Virus record (IMG/VR): IMGVR_UViG_3300017747_002857
Coordinates: 1 to 39,236 of that record
DNA from: a virus
Taxonomy: Duplodnaviria; Caudoviricetes
Strand: one strand, 5' to 3'
DNA length: 39,236 bases
Shown piece after piece: positions 6,856 through 16,011 of this stretch (its first letter is position 1; every line of letters starts with the position of its first letter). The notes under the pieces were generated by a model. It ran no database searches. It was given only the letters and a program-made list of their open reading frames with translations, and was not told the origin of the DNA. Both the position numbers and the translations under genes were made by a program.

Positions 6856-8484
6856 TCAGGTGCTCCCGGTGAGATCGAGTTTTACTTCGTGCATTCCGCC
6901 GTCTGGCCGCCATGCGCCGCCGGCCTTGTGGCCCGGCAGTTGCGCGACCGCCCCGATCACCTTGCCAATGCGCTGCGGCGAATCCTTGATCGCGCCGGCG
7001 CCGGCATCGAGGTGGTTGTCGGGTTGCTCTTTCACGGTCGGTTTCCAGTCCTTCATTTCGTCGCGTACGGTATCGATAACCTCAACGTGCGCCCAAAGGA
7101 ATCCCCCCGAAAGCGGCGCCTCGAACGCCTCAAGGATGCGTTTATTCTTGTTCTCAGTGGAGAACTCATCAATGACCGCGCAGCCGGTGCCGCGCAGTTC
7201 TTTACGGAGGATGGTCGGCGCGAAGGCGCCCGGCCCGTTGCTCTCGACCACCACACGCGGCAGTTGGAAGGTAATCGCCAGCTCGCGAATCTGCTTGCAC
7301 TGCTCGTAGACGTCGCCAATGAGGGCGCGCGAGCGGTGCCAGTAGTAATGCCCGCGCTGATCCTGAAACACGACGCCGAAGGCCGACACGTCGCCGGTCG
7401 TGCGCCCCAGCGCGCAGTCCCAGCGGGAGCCGGCGGACACGATTTGCGTTTTGCCCAGCAGCATCCTGATGCCGCCGTTGGCCATCTCGATCACGGGCTC
7501 GACGTCGTAGGGGATGAGCTTGTCCGGGTCGAGCCTGATCGCGGAGAGCGGCTTCGCGTGCAGCTGGTACTGGCTGTCCCATGCGTTGATCGTCCGAGTG
7601 TCTTTGCGCCGGCGCAGCAGGTCGGAGCGCACGAATCGCTCGGGCCATGAACACGAGGTGTAGATGTCAAGCGGTGCCGCGCCCGGCGGTCGCTCGAGCA
7701 CGATCGCGCCCGGCTCGACGGTGTAGTCGTCGCCTTCCACCAGGAGGCGCGCCATCTTGCCGATGCCGACGAACACGTAATAACCATCGGTGTCCGCCTC
7801 GAACGGCACCTCGAAGCGGACATCACTCTGGCATTCGGCGCCCTCGTAGCGCTGGCTTTGCTCGAAAAGCTGGATCTTCAGCACGGCCGCGCCGCCGGTG
7901 ATCTGCTCGTCATAGATGGTGTTGTGGGTGTGCGGCGTGCCGATGTAGGTTTTCTGCCCGCCCGGCACGATGATGTGCGTCGACTCCGAAATCCGGTCGC
8001 GCAGCTTCTCGCGGCCCTCGGCGGTGCCGATGTTTTTCGGGACCTCGATGTCGTCAAAGTCGATGTCTTCCGCGCGGCCGCCGGTGGCGTTCGACATGAC
8101 GCCGTGCGCCGCCATCGTCGGGTTCCGCGCATCGGTAGCGCCGGCGACCCAGAATTCCTCGACGCCCGGTGTTTGCGGCAGCAACCCTTTGCACAGCGGA
8201 TGCCGGCGCAGGACCGAGATCACGTCGCGGTTCATGCGCTTGGCCAGTTTCGAATCGGCCGACCAGACCAGCGAGCGCCGGCTTGAATCGCGGTAAATCC
8301 GCCACGCCTTGTAAATCGCGTAAAGCGTGGATTTCGCTGCGCCGCGGAACACCTCCAGCACGCGGACCTCGTCGAGCGTCTCCTCCAGCCACAGGCAAAT
8401 GCGGATATGCAGGTCGGGCACCTGCCATCGCATGATGCCTGCCCATATGAGGAAGAACGCAACGAAGCCCACTTTTCGGGTCAT
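6856..8484 (-). CDS. terL: Terminase large subunit
   Basis: Walker A-like VFRGAAKST, Walker B IDFDDIE, coupling motif YIGTPH, RNase H nuclease residues WDCALG...DVSA...VESNG...DNHLDA. Confidence 0.93.
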   Translation of the reverse strand: MTRKVGFVAFFLIWAGIMRWQVPDLHIRICLWLEETLDEVRVLEVFRGAAKSTLYAIYKAWRIYRDSSRRSLVWSADSKLAKRMNRDVISVLRRHPLCKGLLPQTPGVEEFWVAGATDARNPTMAAHGVMSNATGGRAEDIDFDDIEVPKNIGTAEGREKLRDRISESTHIIVPGGQKTYIGTPHTHNTIYDEQITGGAAVLKIQLFEQSQRYEGAECQSDVRFEVPFEADTDGYYVFVGIGKMARLLVEGDDYTVEPGAIVLERPPGAAPLDIYTSCSWPERFVRSDLLRRRKDTRTINAWDSQYQLHAKPLSAIRLDPDKLIPYDVEPVIEMANGGIRMLLGKTQIVSAGSRWDCALGRTTGDVSAFGVVFQDQRGHYYWHRSRALIGDVYEQCKQIRELAITFQLPRVVVESNGPGAFAPTILRKELRGTGCAVIDEFSTENKNKRILEAFEAPLSGGFLWAHVEVIDTVRDEMKDWKPTVKEQPDNHLDAGAGAIKDSPQRIGKVIGAVAQLPGHKAGGAWRPDGGMHEVKLDLTGST

Positions 8485-8813
8485 TTCTTGTGTTTGGCCC
8501 GCACGCGATCGATGACGGCCAGGGCTTCGCGCTCAGCGTTGTGCGCGATTTTCTCGTCGTCTCGATCGCCCGCGCCATCCTCCGGTGCCGGTGTCGTGCC
8601 GGCTGGCTTGTGCATGCACATCGACAGCAGACTTTGAATCCGCACCATCAGGCCCAGCGTTTGCGCGCAGTTCTTCTTGTTCCAGTAGGTGTCGCCGCGC
8701 AGGTTCTTGGTGGTCAGGTCGCCCCATTTCTTGACGTCGGCTTGGTCGAGGAACAGCAGCGCCAGTTCTTCCTGCTTGGCCTCGAGGCGTTTGATCGTCT
8801 TTTCCGAGAGCAT
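8481..8813 (-). CDS. Probable terminase small subunit
   Basis: ATGA-coupled to terL; AGGA RBS; helical 110 aa with RGDTYWNKKN. Confidence 0.55.
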   Translation of the reverse strand: MLSEKTIKRLEAKQEELALLFLDQADVKKWGDLTTKNLRGDTYWNKKNCAQTLGLMVRIQSLLSMCMHKPAGTTPAPEDGAGDRDDEKIAHNAEREALAVIDRVRAKHKK

Positions 8814-8835
8814 GGTTTCGTCCTATACTGCCGGC

Positions 8836-9072
8836 ATGGCATGGGTCAAAAACGTGGCGGCGTTCATCGCCGTCAATCTCTTTTTCATCGCATTGGCGCT
8901 GATTGCCGCCGGCGTGATGTGGGCGCTCGGCACGGTGACGCTGCGCGCGTGGCCTGACTCTGCCGACAGCGTGCTCGCCTGGCTGATCATCGGCTTCGCC
9001 GGCGTCGCCGCCGCGATTATGTGTGCGATGAAGTTCCTCACCTTCATTGGCCGACAGCCGCGCCGAGGTTAG
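8836..9072 (+). CDS. Antisense two-TM membrane protein (moron-like)
   Basis: Two hydrophobic spans and a basic tail; TATACT -10 at 8824-8829; fills the gap between two - strand genes. Confidence 0.65.
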   Translation: MAWVKNVAAFIAVNLFFIALALIAAGVMWALGTVTLRAWPDSADSVLAWLIIGFAGVAAAIMCAMKFLTFIGRQPRRG

Positions 9073-11563
9073 GCCCGCGCTCCGGCGCCAGATCGCCCGG
9101 GCGCCACCACCATTCCTGCCCGAACTCCTTCGCCGTTTTCGAACGGATCGACGCGAGATACCCCGGCGACATTGCCTCCATCACCTGTTGCCAAACGAGG
9201 TGGTCCATCGCCGCCTTCGTGTACCAGATGTTGCCGCCGGGGATGAAACCCTTCGCGTCCTGAACCGTCTGCGCGAGCAGATGCGTTTCCTTGCCCTGCA
9301 TCCGGTTGGCGATCGCATTCATCGGCTGCGTGAGGCCCATCTCGAGCAACGGCCCCACGGTCGGCCCGGCCATCGCTTCGAGCACGCCGGATCCGTAGCG
9401 CGTGTGATTGGCCGAGTACAGGAAATCGCCGTAGATGCCCATCGCCCCGCCCTGCAGGAATGCCGCGCCCCAGAACTTCGCCGGGTCACGCTCGACCATG
9501 TCGCGTGGGTCCTTGCCGGCCAGCATTTCGCGCGTCTGCAGAATCATCGCGCCGGCGAGCGTGGTTGACGCCAGCAGGAAGGCGGTCATAGTGGCTTTGC
9601 CGACCGGGCCGTCAGCGTTCGCGATCGCGTCCATGCCGCGCTGGAACTGCGCCCAGGGGAACGATTTGAATTGTAGGAATGAACGCCAGATTTCGCCCGG
9701 CACAGTCCCGCGCTGCACGCCGCCGTAGAATGCCGCGCGCTCTTTGATGCCCGGCGTCACGATCGCGAACTCGCTCTCGGTGTTGACGATGCCCAGCAGC
9801 TTGACGATTGCTGCCCGTTTCGCACCCTCATCAATGCCGGGTATGCGCGCGATGGCATCCGGTGTTAGCGCATTGGCGTTGCCGTGGCCGATGTCCTGCA
9901 GCTTCGCCTGCTGCCACGTTTTCCAGACGTCCTCGGTGATGCCGTAATTCTTGAGCACGCGCATGTCGGAGTCGGCCAGCTTCGCGAACGTGGTGCCGGC
10001 CTTGATCTGGTCGCCGAGTGCCGCAAACAGCGACGCGCCGAATGCGCCCTTGCGGATGTCGTTGATCGCCTGCATGCCGGTGACGCGCATCACGGCGTTC
10101 GCCAGCTTGCCGGTCGTGCCGGTAGCGCCCAGCCCTTCGTAAAATCGCTGCATGCCGCTCCGGACCTCGTCAAGCATCAGGCCCTGCTGTTGCAGCAGCC
10201 GGCGGTCGGCACCGTTCGCTGGATTCAGCAGCGCGAGTTCAGTTGACCAGCGCTGAAACACGGGCAGGTTGTTCAGGTGCGCCACCGCCTCCATCAGCGG
10301 CTTGTCGCCGAAGAGGGATGCAATCATCGAGCCGCCCAGCTTGCCGGCGACGTTGAGGTTGGCCATCGCATCCGCCGCATTCGACAGCGTTGCGTTTGCG
10401 GTCGGCTTCGTGCGGCCGGTGGCGTAATCGTAGAGCCGGTCGAGTTTGACCGCGCGGCCTTCCATCTGCGTGGCTTTGCGCCGGTTATCCATCACGTCAA
10501 CCTGCAGCGCCCGGTCGCGCAGCGTGCGATACGTGAGATCAGGGTTCGGCCCGAAGTGTTCGACCGTGGCGATGTCACGCGCCATCGTCTCAATGTGGTC
10601 GTGCAGCACCTGAAAAACGGTCTTGTCGCCGAACTGCTCCCAGTACGCGATATTGCTTTCCGCGTCCTTGAAATGAATCTGGCGTTCTTCCGCGTGACGG
10701 TTCGCGCGCGCGCCCGCACCCTTGAATTCGCCGGGCGTGACGTTCGAGTGCCCGTTCGTCGAAATGGTGTCGTAAGCTTTGCCGAGGAAGCGGCGCAGCG
10801 TGGCGTCGCTCCACGCCTGCCCCGCATCATCGACGTACTTGCCGCGGTTCAGCAGCGGCATAATCGCGTCAACCCACTTCGCCTGATCGACCGCGGCGAC
10901 CTTCTCCTGGCTGTGATGCTGCGGCAGGCCCCAATCGTCGAGCTTGCCGACTTCGCCGCCGTTTTCATTGAAGACGGTGCGCGCTTTCTCGGCCACGTCG
11001 TGAAACGCCTTCGCGCCCTGCTTTGCAATGGCGTTGCCGGTCGCTTCGCCGCGCAGCTCGCGCACGAGGTCGGTGACTTTGGCTTTGTCCTGAAAGAACC
11101 CGAACCAGTCCTTGCCGAGCGCGTTCCACGTTTCGGACAGCGAGCGCCCGAAATAGGCTTTGTAGCCGGCCATCTTTTCTTCGAGGCTCGTGACGTTGGT
11201 TTTGCCGGAATAGTCGCGCACGATCGTCTTTTCGAGGGCGTCCATGCGCGTGCCGTCGACAATGCCGTCAGCGTCGCGCGCGCGGGCGCTCATGCGAACC
11301 AGTTGCAGTTGCCGGTTGTGCTTGATGCGCTCGGCCTCGAATACCATCTGCGCTGCCGCCTCGCGTGCGGCCTGCTCGATTACGCCACCGGTGCCGGTTT
11401 TTTGCCCGATCTTTCCGCCCACGTCGGCGCCGGCCTCGACGCGACCGGCCTTGATGTCGAGAGCGGCTTTGTGGATGCGCTCGAAAATCTTGCCGATTTC
11501 AGCGTCTGAGAGCGCGGTTGTCGCGGCCTGACGGATGCGCCCCAGACAATGTTCATATCCCAT
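9044..11563 (-). CDS. Internal virion / DNA ejection protein (gp16-like)
   Basis: 839 aa helical protein; LQFKSFP motif and C-terminal hydrophobic segments; last gene of the core block. Confidence 0.8.
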   Translation of the reverse strand: MGYEHCLGRIRQAATTALSDAEIGKIFERIHKAALDIKAGRVEAGADVGGKIGQKTGTGGVIEQAAREAAAQMVFEAERIKHNRQLQLVRMSARARDADGIVDGTRMDALEKTIVRDYSGKTNVTSLEEKMAGYKAYFGRSLSETWNALGKDWFGFFQDKAKVTDLVRELRGEATGNAIAKQGAKAFHDVAEKARTVFNENGGEVGKLDDWGLPQHHSQEKVAAVDQAKWVDAIMPLLNRGKYVDDAGQAWSDATLRRFLGKAYDTISTNGHSNVTPGEFKGAGARANRHAEERQIHFKDAESNIAYWEQFGDKTVFQVLHDHIETMARDIATVEHFGPNPDLTYRTLRDRALQVDVMDNRRKATQMEGRAVKLDRLYDYATGRTKPTANATLSNAADAMANLNVAGKLGGSMIASLFGDKPLMEAVAHLNNLPVFQRWSTELALLNPANGADRRLLQQQGLMLDEVRSGMQRFYEGLGATGTTGKLANAVMRVTGMQAINDIRKGAFGASLFAALGDQIKAGTTFAKLADSDMRVLKNYGITEDVWKTWQQAKLQDIGHGNANALTPDAIARIPGIDEGAKRAAIVKLLGIVNTESEFAIVTPGIKERAAFYGGVQRGTVPGEIWRSFLQFKSFPWAQFQRGMDAIANADGPVGKATMTAFLLASTTLAGAMILQTREMLAGKDPRDMVERDPAKFWGAAFLQGGAMGIYGDFLYSANHTRYGSGVLEAMAGPTVGPLLEMGLTQPMNAIANRMQGKETHLLAQTVQDAKGFIPGGNIWYTKAAMDHLVWQQVMEAMSPGYLASIRSKTAKEFGQEWWWRPGDLAPERGPNLGAAVGQ

Positions 11564-12901
11564 TTAGCCCGCTCCCAGCATGCACGCCGCCGCAATCTCG
11601 TAGAGTTTCGAATCGGCCTGCGCTTGCTTGACAATGTCGTCGCCGTGGTCGAGGAATTCGCGCGCGGTCATGGTCAGTTTTTCGCCGGCTTCGTTGGTGC
11701 CGACGTGGATTTGCAGATCGGGGTTCTCATCGGCCACACGGGAGGCTTCGACGGACAGCGGATCAGGGGGTTTTGCCGCATCGCCGGCGTTTTGCTCACC
11801 TTCGGCTGGCTTTGGCGGCTGCGTCTCGCCTGCGCGCGCGTCGTCAACCTGCACGGGTGTTTCGAGCGGTTTCTCAGCCGCCATCCGGTCGAACTCGGCG
11901 GTTATCTTTTCGGCGGCCTTGATGCGCTCCGGATCGAGCGCAACCTTCGGCTCCGGCATGTCGGTCACATTGACCGGCTCGTCGCGCGTCAGTTGGTCAA
12001 TCGCCGTGCGTGTGCGCGTAACCCATGCGTCGGCGTCCGCCGGCGCCAACGGTTTGCCGGGGATGCCGCTCTCGTTCAGGTTCTGGGCAATGCGCAGGGT
12101 CGCCAGCGCGTCCACATCGGACGGTTTCAGCCCCTTGCCCCACTCGCCGATTTTGTCCCACACCGCTTTGCCCTGCGCGCGCTGACTTGGCGACAGGTGC
12201 GCGATGCCACCGAACGCAGCACCGAGCAGCACATCGAGTGTGATCTGCGTGCCGTCAAACGCCTTGTATTCATCGGCCGCCGCGGTGCCGGACAGGATCG
12301 CGCCGGAGGTTCCACGTGTAACCACGCCCTGCGCCACGTTGAAGCCAGCGCCGCCGAGAACAATGCGCTGCCAGCCGTTCTGGCCGAGGATCGGCATCCA
12401 GATGCCGAGGCCCAAGCCTGCGCCCTGCACAGCGCCCACAGCGCCCGCCTTGCTGGCGTCTACACCCTGCCTGACCAGGTCTTCGCCGACGCCAAGCTGC
12501 GTTGCGCCCACCGCCAGCGCTGGCGACGCAAAAACCAGCGGCAGCGTACCAACCAGGGCGCCGACCACCTGCGCCGCCGTGCCCACCTCGCCCGGCTTCG
12601 GCGTCCAGTAATCGACGGCCTTGTTGAAAACGTCGTCGTGCTCCTTGAAATACCGGTCTTGCGCGACCGTGCCCTTGTAGCCGCCGAAGCGCTCGGGGAT
12701 CGTGCCGGCGAGTTTGTCTTCAGCGATGGCGCCGACCGAGCCCAGCAGATCGACCGCGCGCCCGGCTTTGGCGAGGCCGGACATCGCCACCTTGCCGGTG
12801 CCGGCGAGGAAATTATCGAACACGCCCGGCTCCGGTGCGCGCACGGTCGGCATCAGCGCCATGCGGTTGCTGACTTCCTCCGGATACAGCTCAAAACTCA
12901 C
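11564..12901 (-). CDS. Internal virion protein
   Basis: Ala/Gly-rich hydrophobic central region; position in the ejection-protein block. Confidence 0.75.
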   Translation of the reverse strand: MSFELYPEEVSNRMALMPTVRAPEPGVFDNFLAGTGKVAMSGLAKAGRAVDLLGSVGAIAEDKLAGTIPERFGGYKGTVAQDRYFKEHDDVFNKAVDYWTPKPGEVGTAAQVVGALVGTLPLVFASPALAVGATQLGVGEDLVRQGVDASKAGAVGAVQGAGLGLGIWMPILGQNGWQRIVLGGAGFNVAQGVVTRGTSGAILSGTAAADEYKAFDGTQITLDVLLGAAFGGIAHLSPSQRAQGKAVWDKIGEWGKGLKPSDVDALATLRIAQNLNESGIPGKPLAPADADAWVTRTRTAIDQLTRDEPVNVTDMPEPKVALDPERIKAAEKITAEFDRMAAEKPLETPVQVDDARAGETQPPKPAEGEQNAGDAAKPPDPLSVEASRVADENPDLQIHVGTNEAGEKLTMTAREFLDHGDDIVKQAQADSKLYEIAAACMLGAG

Positions 12902-15021
12902 CGCGTGACCCCTGTCGCCGCCCCGCCGCCGGAATCGCCGAAGCCTGCCACCTTGCCGCGCCTGACCGGTGCTGCCGGTGCGTAGGCCGGCTCGTTGAAG
13001 TCGATCACCACCGGCTGGCCCACGTTGTCGGCCAGCACGCCATCACCGGCGCGGAACACGTAGCGGCCGTCGCCGATGTTCTCCAGCGGCAGCCCGCGCA
13101 AGCGCCCAGCGGTCGATTGCGGATCAAGCCGGCCGGTTGTCGTCAGCGCGTCAATGCGCGTGCGCACGCCGTCCCTGAACTGGCTGTAATCGGTGTCGCG
13201 CGGCAGCACGACCGCCTTGCCCTGATACTTCTCGACCGTGCCGACCGCGCGCTTCATGGCGTCTTTCCACGCCGACGAGTCGATTACGCCGGAGTAGTCG
13301 CCCTTGTCGACCATGCGCGCAGCGTAGATCGCGTGCGCCGCCTGAAACACGGCGTTTCGCGCCTCGGGCTTGCCCGCGTAGGCGTCGCGCTCGTAGTCGG
13401 AGAATTCAGACAGCAGCAGCTTTTCCTCGGGCATCTTCATCATGCCCCCGCCCTTGCCGTCTTCCTTGCTGTTCGGCTTCAGCGCGCGCTGCCCGCGCAG
13501 CATCAGCTCGGCGGTCTTCATGTCGTCGGTAGTGCCGCGACCGGCGGCCAGCCCCGCCTGCGCCGCCACAACGGAATCAGGCGCAATCTGCATGACCGTG
13601 TCGCGGAACGCCTTCGGGTCGGTGACCGACTTACTCAGCGCCGAAAACACCGTCAGGGCGGTTTTCGTGTCGCTGCCGGTGATGATCTGACCAAACTGCG
13701 CGGCCTCGGCCGGGTAGAGCAGGCGCTTCGGCACACCGTGCTGCTTGGTCAGCGGATCGACGGCGGCCAGGCGGGTGGCGAGCACGTCACCCCACGACCC
13801 CGCGTTCTGCATATCCAGCGGGGTTGCGTCCGCCCCCTGGCGCTGCACCGCGTACTCGAGCGGCGATTTCGTCAGCAGTTGCACATTGGCGGCAACCGTC
13901 TTTTTGAGGCGGTCAGCGTAGGCCTTTTCCTGCAATCCACCGGCGCCGGTGTTCGCCTTCGCCTCGGCTGCGTTCGCGTAGGCGATCTGCTCGCCAATTG
14001 GTTTGGACAGCAGCGTCTGCACCTCGCGCTCGGCCTTCATCATGCCGTCGACCAGCGGGGCGTACTCGGTGCCGCGCACCGCCGTCTGCGTCGCCACCCA
14101 CGTTTTGGCGTCGACAGGCAGGCCCATCGCAATCTGCCTGTCGAGCATGGTGATTGCCCGCGTGGCACTCGCTTCGCGCCGGCGTTGCGCCGCCTCGGCC
14201 TTGTTCTGCAGGTTCAGAATCTGCGTCTCGGTCTGGTTCAGCAGGGCGTTGCGCTTCGCAGGGTCGAGGTCTTGATTCTCGCCAATCTTCGCCTGCAGCG
14301 CGGTCAGGCCCTTCATGTTGTTGCGCGCGCCGATCACCTCGTTGTTCAGCTTATTGAACGTCGCGGCCTCCTTGAACCCCTGCTTCGCCTTGACGATCTG
14401 CTCGGGATTCATGCCGGCCTGCGGACCCAGCGAGTCGATTGCCATGTCGGCCTGCACAATGGCGTTGGGCAGATCACGCTCGGCTGTGCGCTGCAACGCC
14501 TCGACCGTGGTACTGAGCTGCGCACCGATGTCCTGCTGCGCGCGGCGCGTGACCGCCTGGTTGATGTTGCGGCCGAAGTTGCCGATGCTGCCGGCGAGCG
14601 AGCCTTTGAGCAGCTCTCCGTTCGCCTTGTCCGCGCGATCGACATACGAATCGGTGACCTCTTTCGAGCGCTCGGCCCAGATGCGCGGCGCGTCTTCCTT
14701 CTTGATCGTGCCCGCACCCAGCCCCGTGACAATCTCGTCGTGCAGGTCGCCCAGCGCGTTATTGCCCTCGGCGTGCAGCGTCATCGCCTCGGCGCGCTTC
14801 GACTCCTTGAATGCCTGCTTGGCCTCGGCCTCCTGCTGGCGCTTTTCCTGATTCTGCAGGTACGCATCGGTCGCCGCGTCGCTTGCCGCCGCAGCGCCCA
14901 TGCGCAGCCCGCCCTCGGCCGGATCGGTAGCGCCCGGCTGCACAAAGGCGCTCGGCGCCACCGTTGCGCGCTCGACACCACCGGGTGCGCGCAGCCCGAA
15001 GTCGCCGGTCGGGATTCTCAC
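12898..15021 (-). CDS. Internal virion protein (gp15-like)
   Basis: GTG start with AAGGA RBS and GTGA overlap; MRIPTGDFG N-terminus; long helical Ala/Gln-rich protein. Confidence 0.78.
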   Translation of the reverse strand: MRIPTGDFGLRAPGGVERATVAPSAFVQPGATDPAEGGLRMGAAAASDAATDAYLQNQEKRQQEAEAKQAFKESKRAEAMTLHAEGNNALGDLHDEIVTGLGAGTIKKEDAPRIWAERSKEVTDSYVDRADKANGELLKGSLAGSIGNFGRNINQAVTRRAQQDIGAQLSTTVEALQRTAERDLPNAIVQADMAIDSLGPQAGMNPEQIVKAKQGFKEAATFNKLNNEVIGARNNMKGLTALQAKIGENQDLDPAKRNALLNQTETQILNLQNKAEAAQRRREASATRAITMLDRQIAMGLPVDAKTWVATQTAVRGTEYAPLVDGMMKAEREVQTLLSKPIGEQIAYANAAEAKANTGAGGLQEKAYADRLKKTVAANVQLLTKSPLEYAVQRQGADATPLDMQNAGSWGDVLATRLAAVDPLTKQHGVPKRLLYPAEAAQFGQIITGSDTKTALTVFSALSKSVTDPKAFRDTVMQIAPDSVVAAQAGLAAGRGTTDDMKTAELMLRGQRALKPNSKEDGKGGGMMKMPEEKLLLSEFSDYERDAYAGKPEARNAVFQAAHAIYAARMVDKGDYSGVIDSSAWKDAMKRAVGTVEKYQGKAVVLPRDTDYSQFRDGVRTRIDALTTTGRLDPQSTAGRLRGLPLENIGDGRYVFRAGDGVLADNVGQPVVIDFNEPAYAPAAPVRRGKVAGFGDSGGGAATGVTR

Positions 15022-15566
15022 GGCGCGTCCTTGCGCTCGCTGCGCTTGATCCACTTGCTGACCTTGTCGCTGGCCTCACTCGACACCGCGGCGCCGCTCA
15101 GCAGGGATTTACTCGCGTTGCCCAGGCCGGCATTGAAAGCGTTATTGCCCTGCATGCCGTAGCCCTGCGCCTCGGTGTTTTTGACGGCCTGCCGGCGCTT
15201 GCCGGTATAGAGTTCGGTCAGCGCGTCTTCCTCGGCGTTCTTGCCGATGAATTCGTCCACCGCCAGCGCACTGCCGGAGTCGGCCCGCACACCCGACGCA
15301 CCATAGCCCGCGCGCGCCGCGTCCCTCACGTAGCCGCCGGCCTTCTTGATCTTGTTGCCGCGCACCTCGCCGAGTTGCGCCTCGGCTTGGGCATCCGCCT
15401 CCGCCTGCCGCTGCTGGTATTGGAAATACTTTTTCGCTTGCGCCCCGCCGCTGATGTCGCCCATCGCTTTCAATCCAGACGAGGCGAGGATGATTTTCTG
15501 CGCGTTCTCAGCGTCCTTCGCCGGGTCGCCCGTTTTCTTGAAGATGTCGAACACGCCCTCACACAT
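15018..15566 (-). CDS. Internal virion protein (T7 gp14-like)
   Basis: MCEG start; ARAGYGASGVRADSGSAL motif; follows the GNAT gene. Confidence 0.75.
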   Translation of the reverse strand: MCEGVFDIFKKTGDPAKDAENAQKIILASSGLKAMGDISGGAQAKKYFQYQQRQAEADAQAEAQLGEVRGNKIKKAGGYVRDAARAGYGASGVRADSGSALAVDEFIGKNAEEDALTELYTGKRRQAVKNTEAQGYGMQGNNAFNAGLGNASKSLLSGAAVSSEASDKVSKWIKRSERKDAP

Positions 15567-16011
15567 ACTGCGCCCCTTTGCGTTTGAACACGCCACCGAC
15601 GTGTGTAAATCCGGTGCCGAGCATCAGTCGCGTGATGCTGTCTTTCTCGACGCCGCAGCTCGACGAAATGGTGATCTCGGTCGCACCCTTGACGCGCGCC
15701 CAATCGAGGTAAGCGGCCACCAGGCGAAACGCGATCGAGCCGCCGCGCCGGTCTTCCCGCACGTAGAGGCCCAGATCAAATGCACCCAGATCCCGACTAA
15801 ACCAAAGTTCAGCGGTGTAGCCGAGCAGGAAGCCGTCGATCACGCCGTCAACCTCGTGCACGACCGCGAACTCGCCCTCGATCAGCCGGCGGATGGTCTC
15901 GGCGGTTTTCTCGGCGTCGTACGGGTGGTGCCGATACCAGCTCTCGGTGACCATAATCCGGCCGAGCGCCACGATAGACACCACATCGGCGAGGGTGGCG
16001 GGCCTAATCAT
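15559..16011 (-). CDS. GNAT-family acetyltransferase (T7 gp13 position)
   Basis: MIRPATLADV...LYVREDRRGGSIAFRL (acetyl-CoA motif A)...GFTHVG. Confidence 0.85.
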   Translation of the reverse strand: MIRPATLADVVSIVALGRIMVTESWYRHHPYDAEKTAETIRRLIEGEFAVVHEVDGVIDGFLLGYTAELWFSRDLGAFDLGLYVREDRRGGSIAFRLVAAYLDWARVKGATEITISSSCGVEKDSITRLMLGTGFTHVGGVFKRKGAQYV

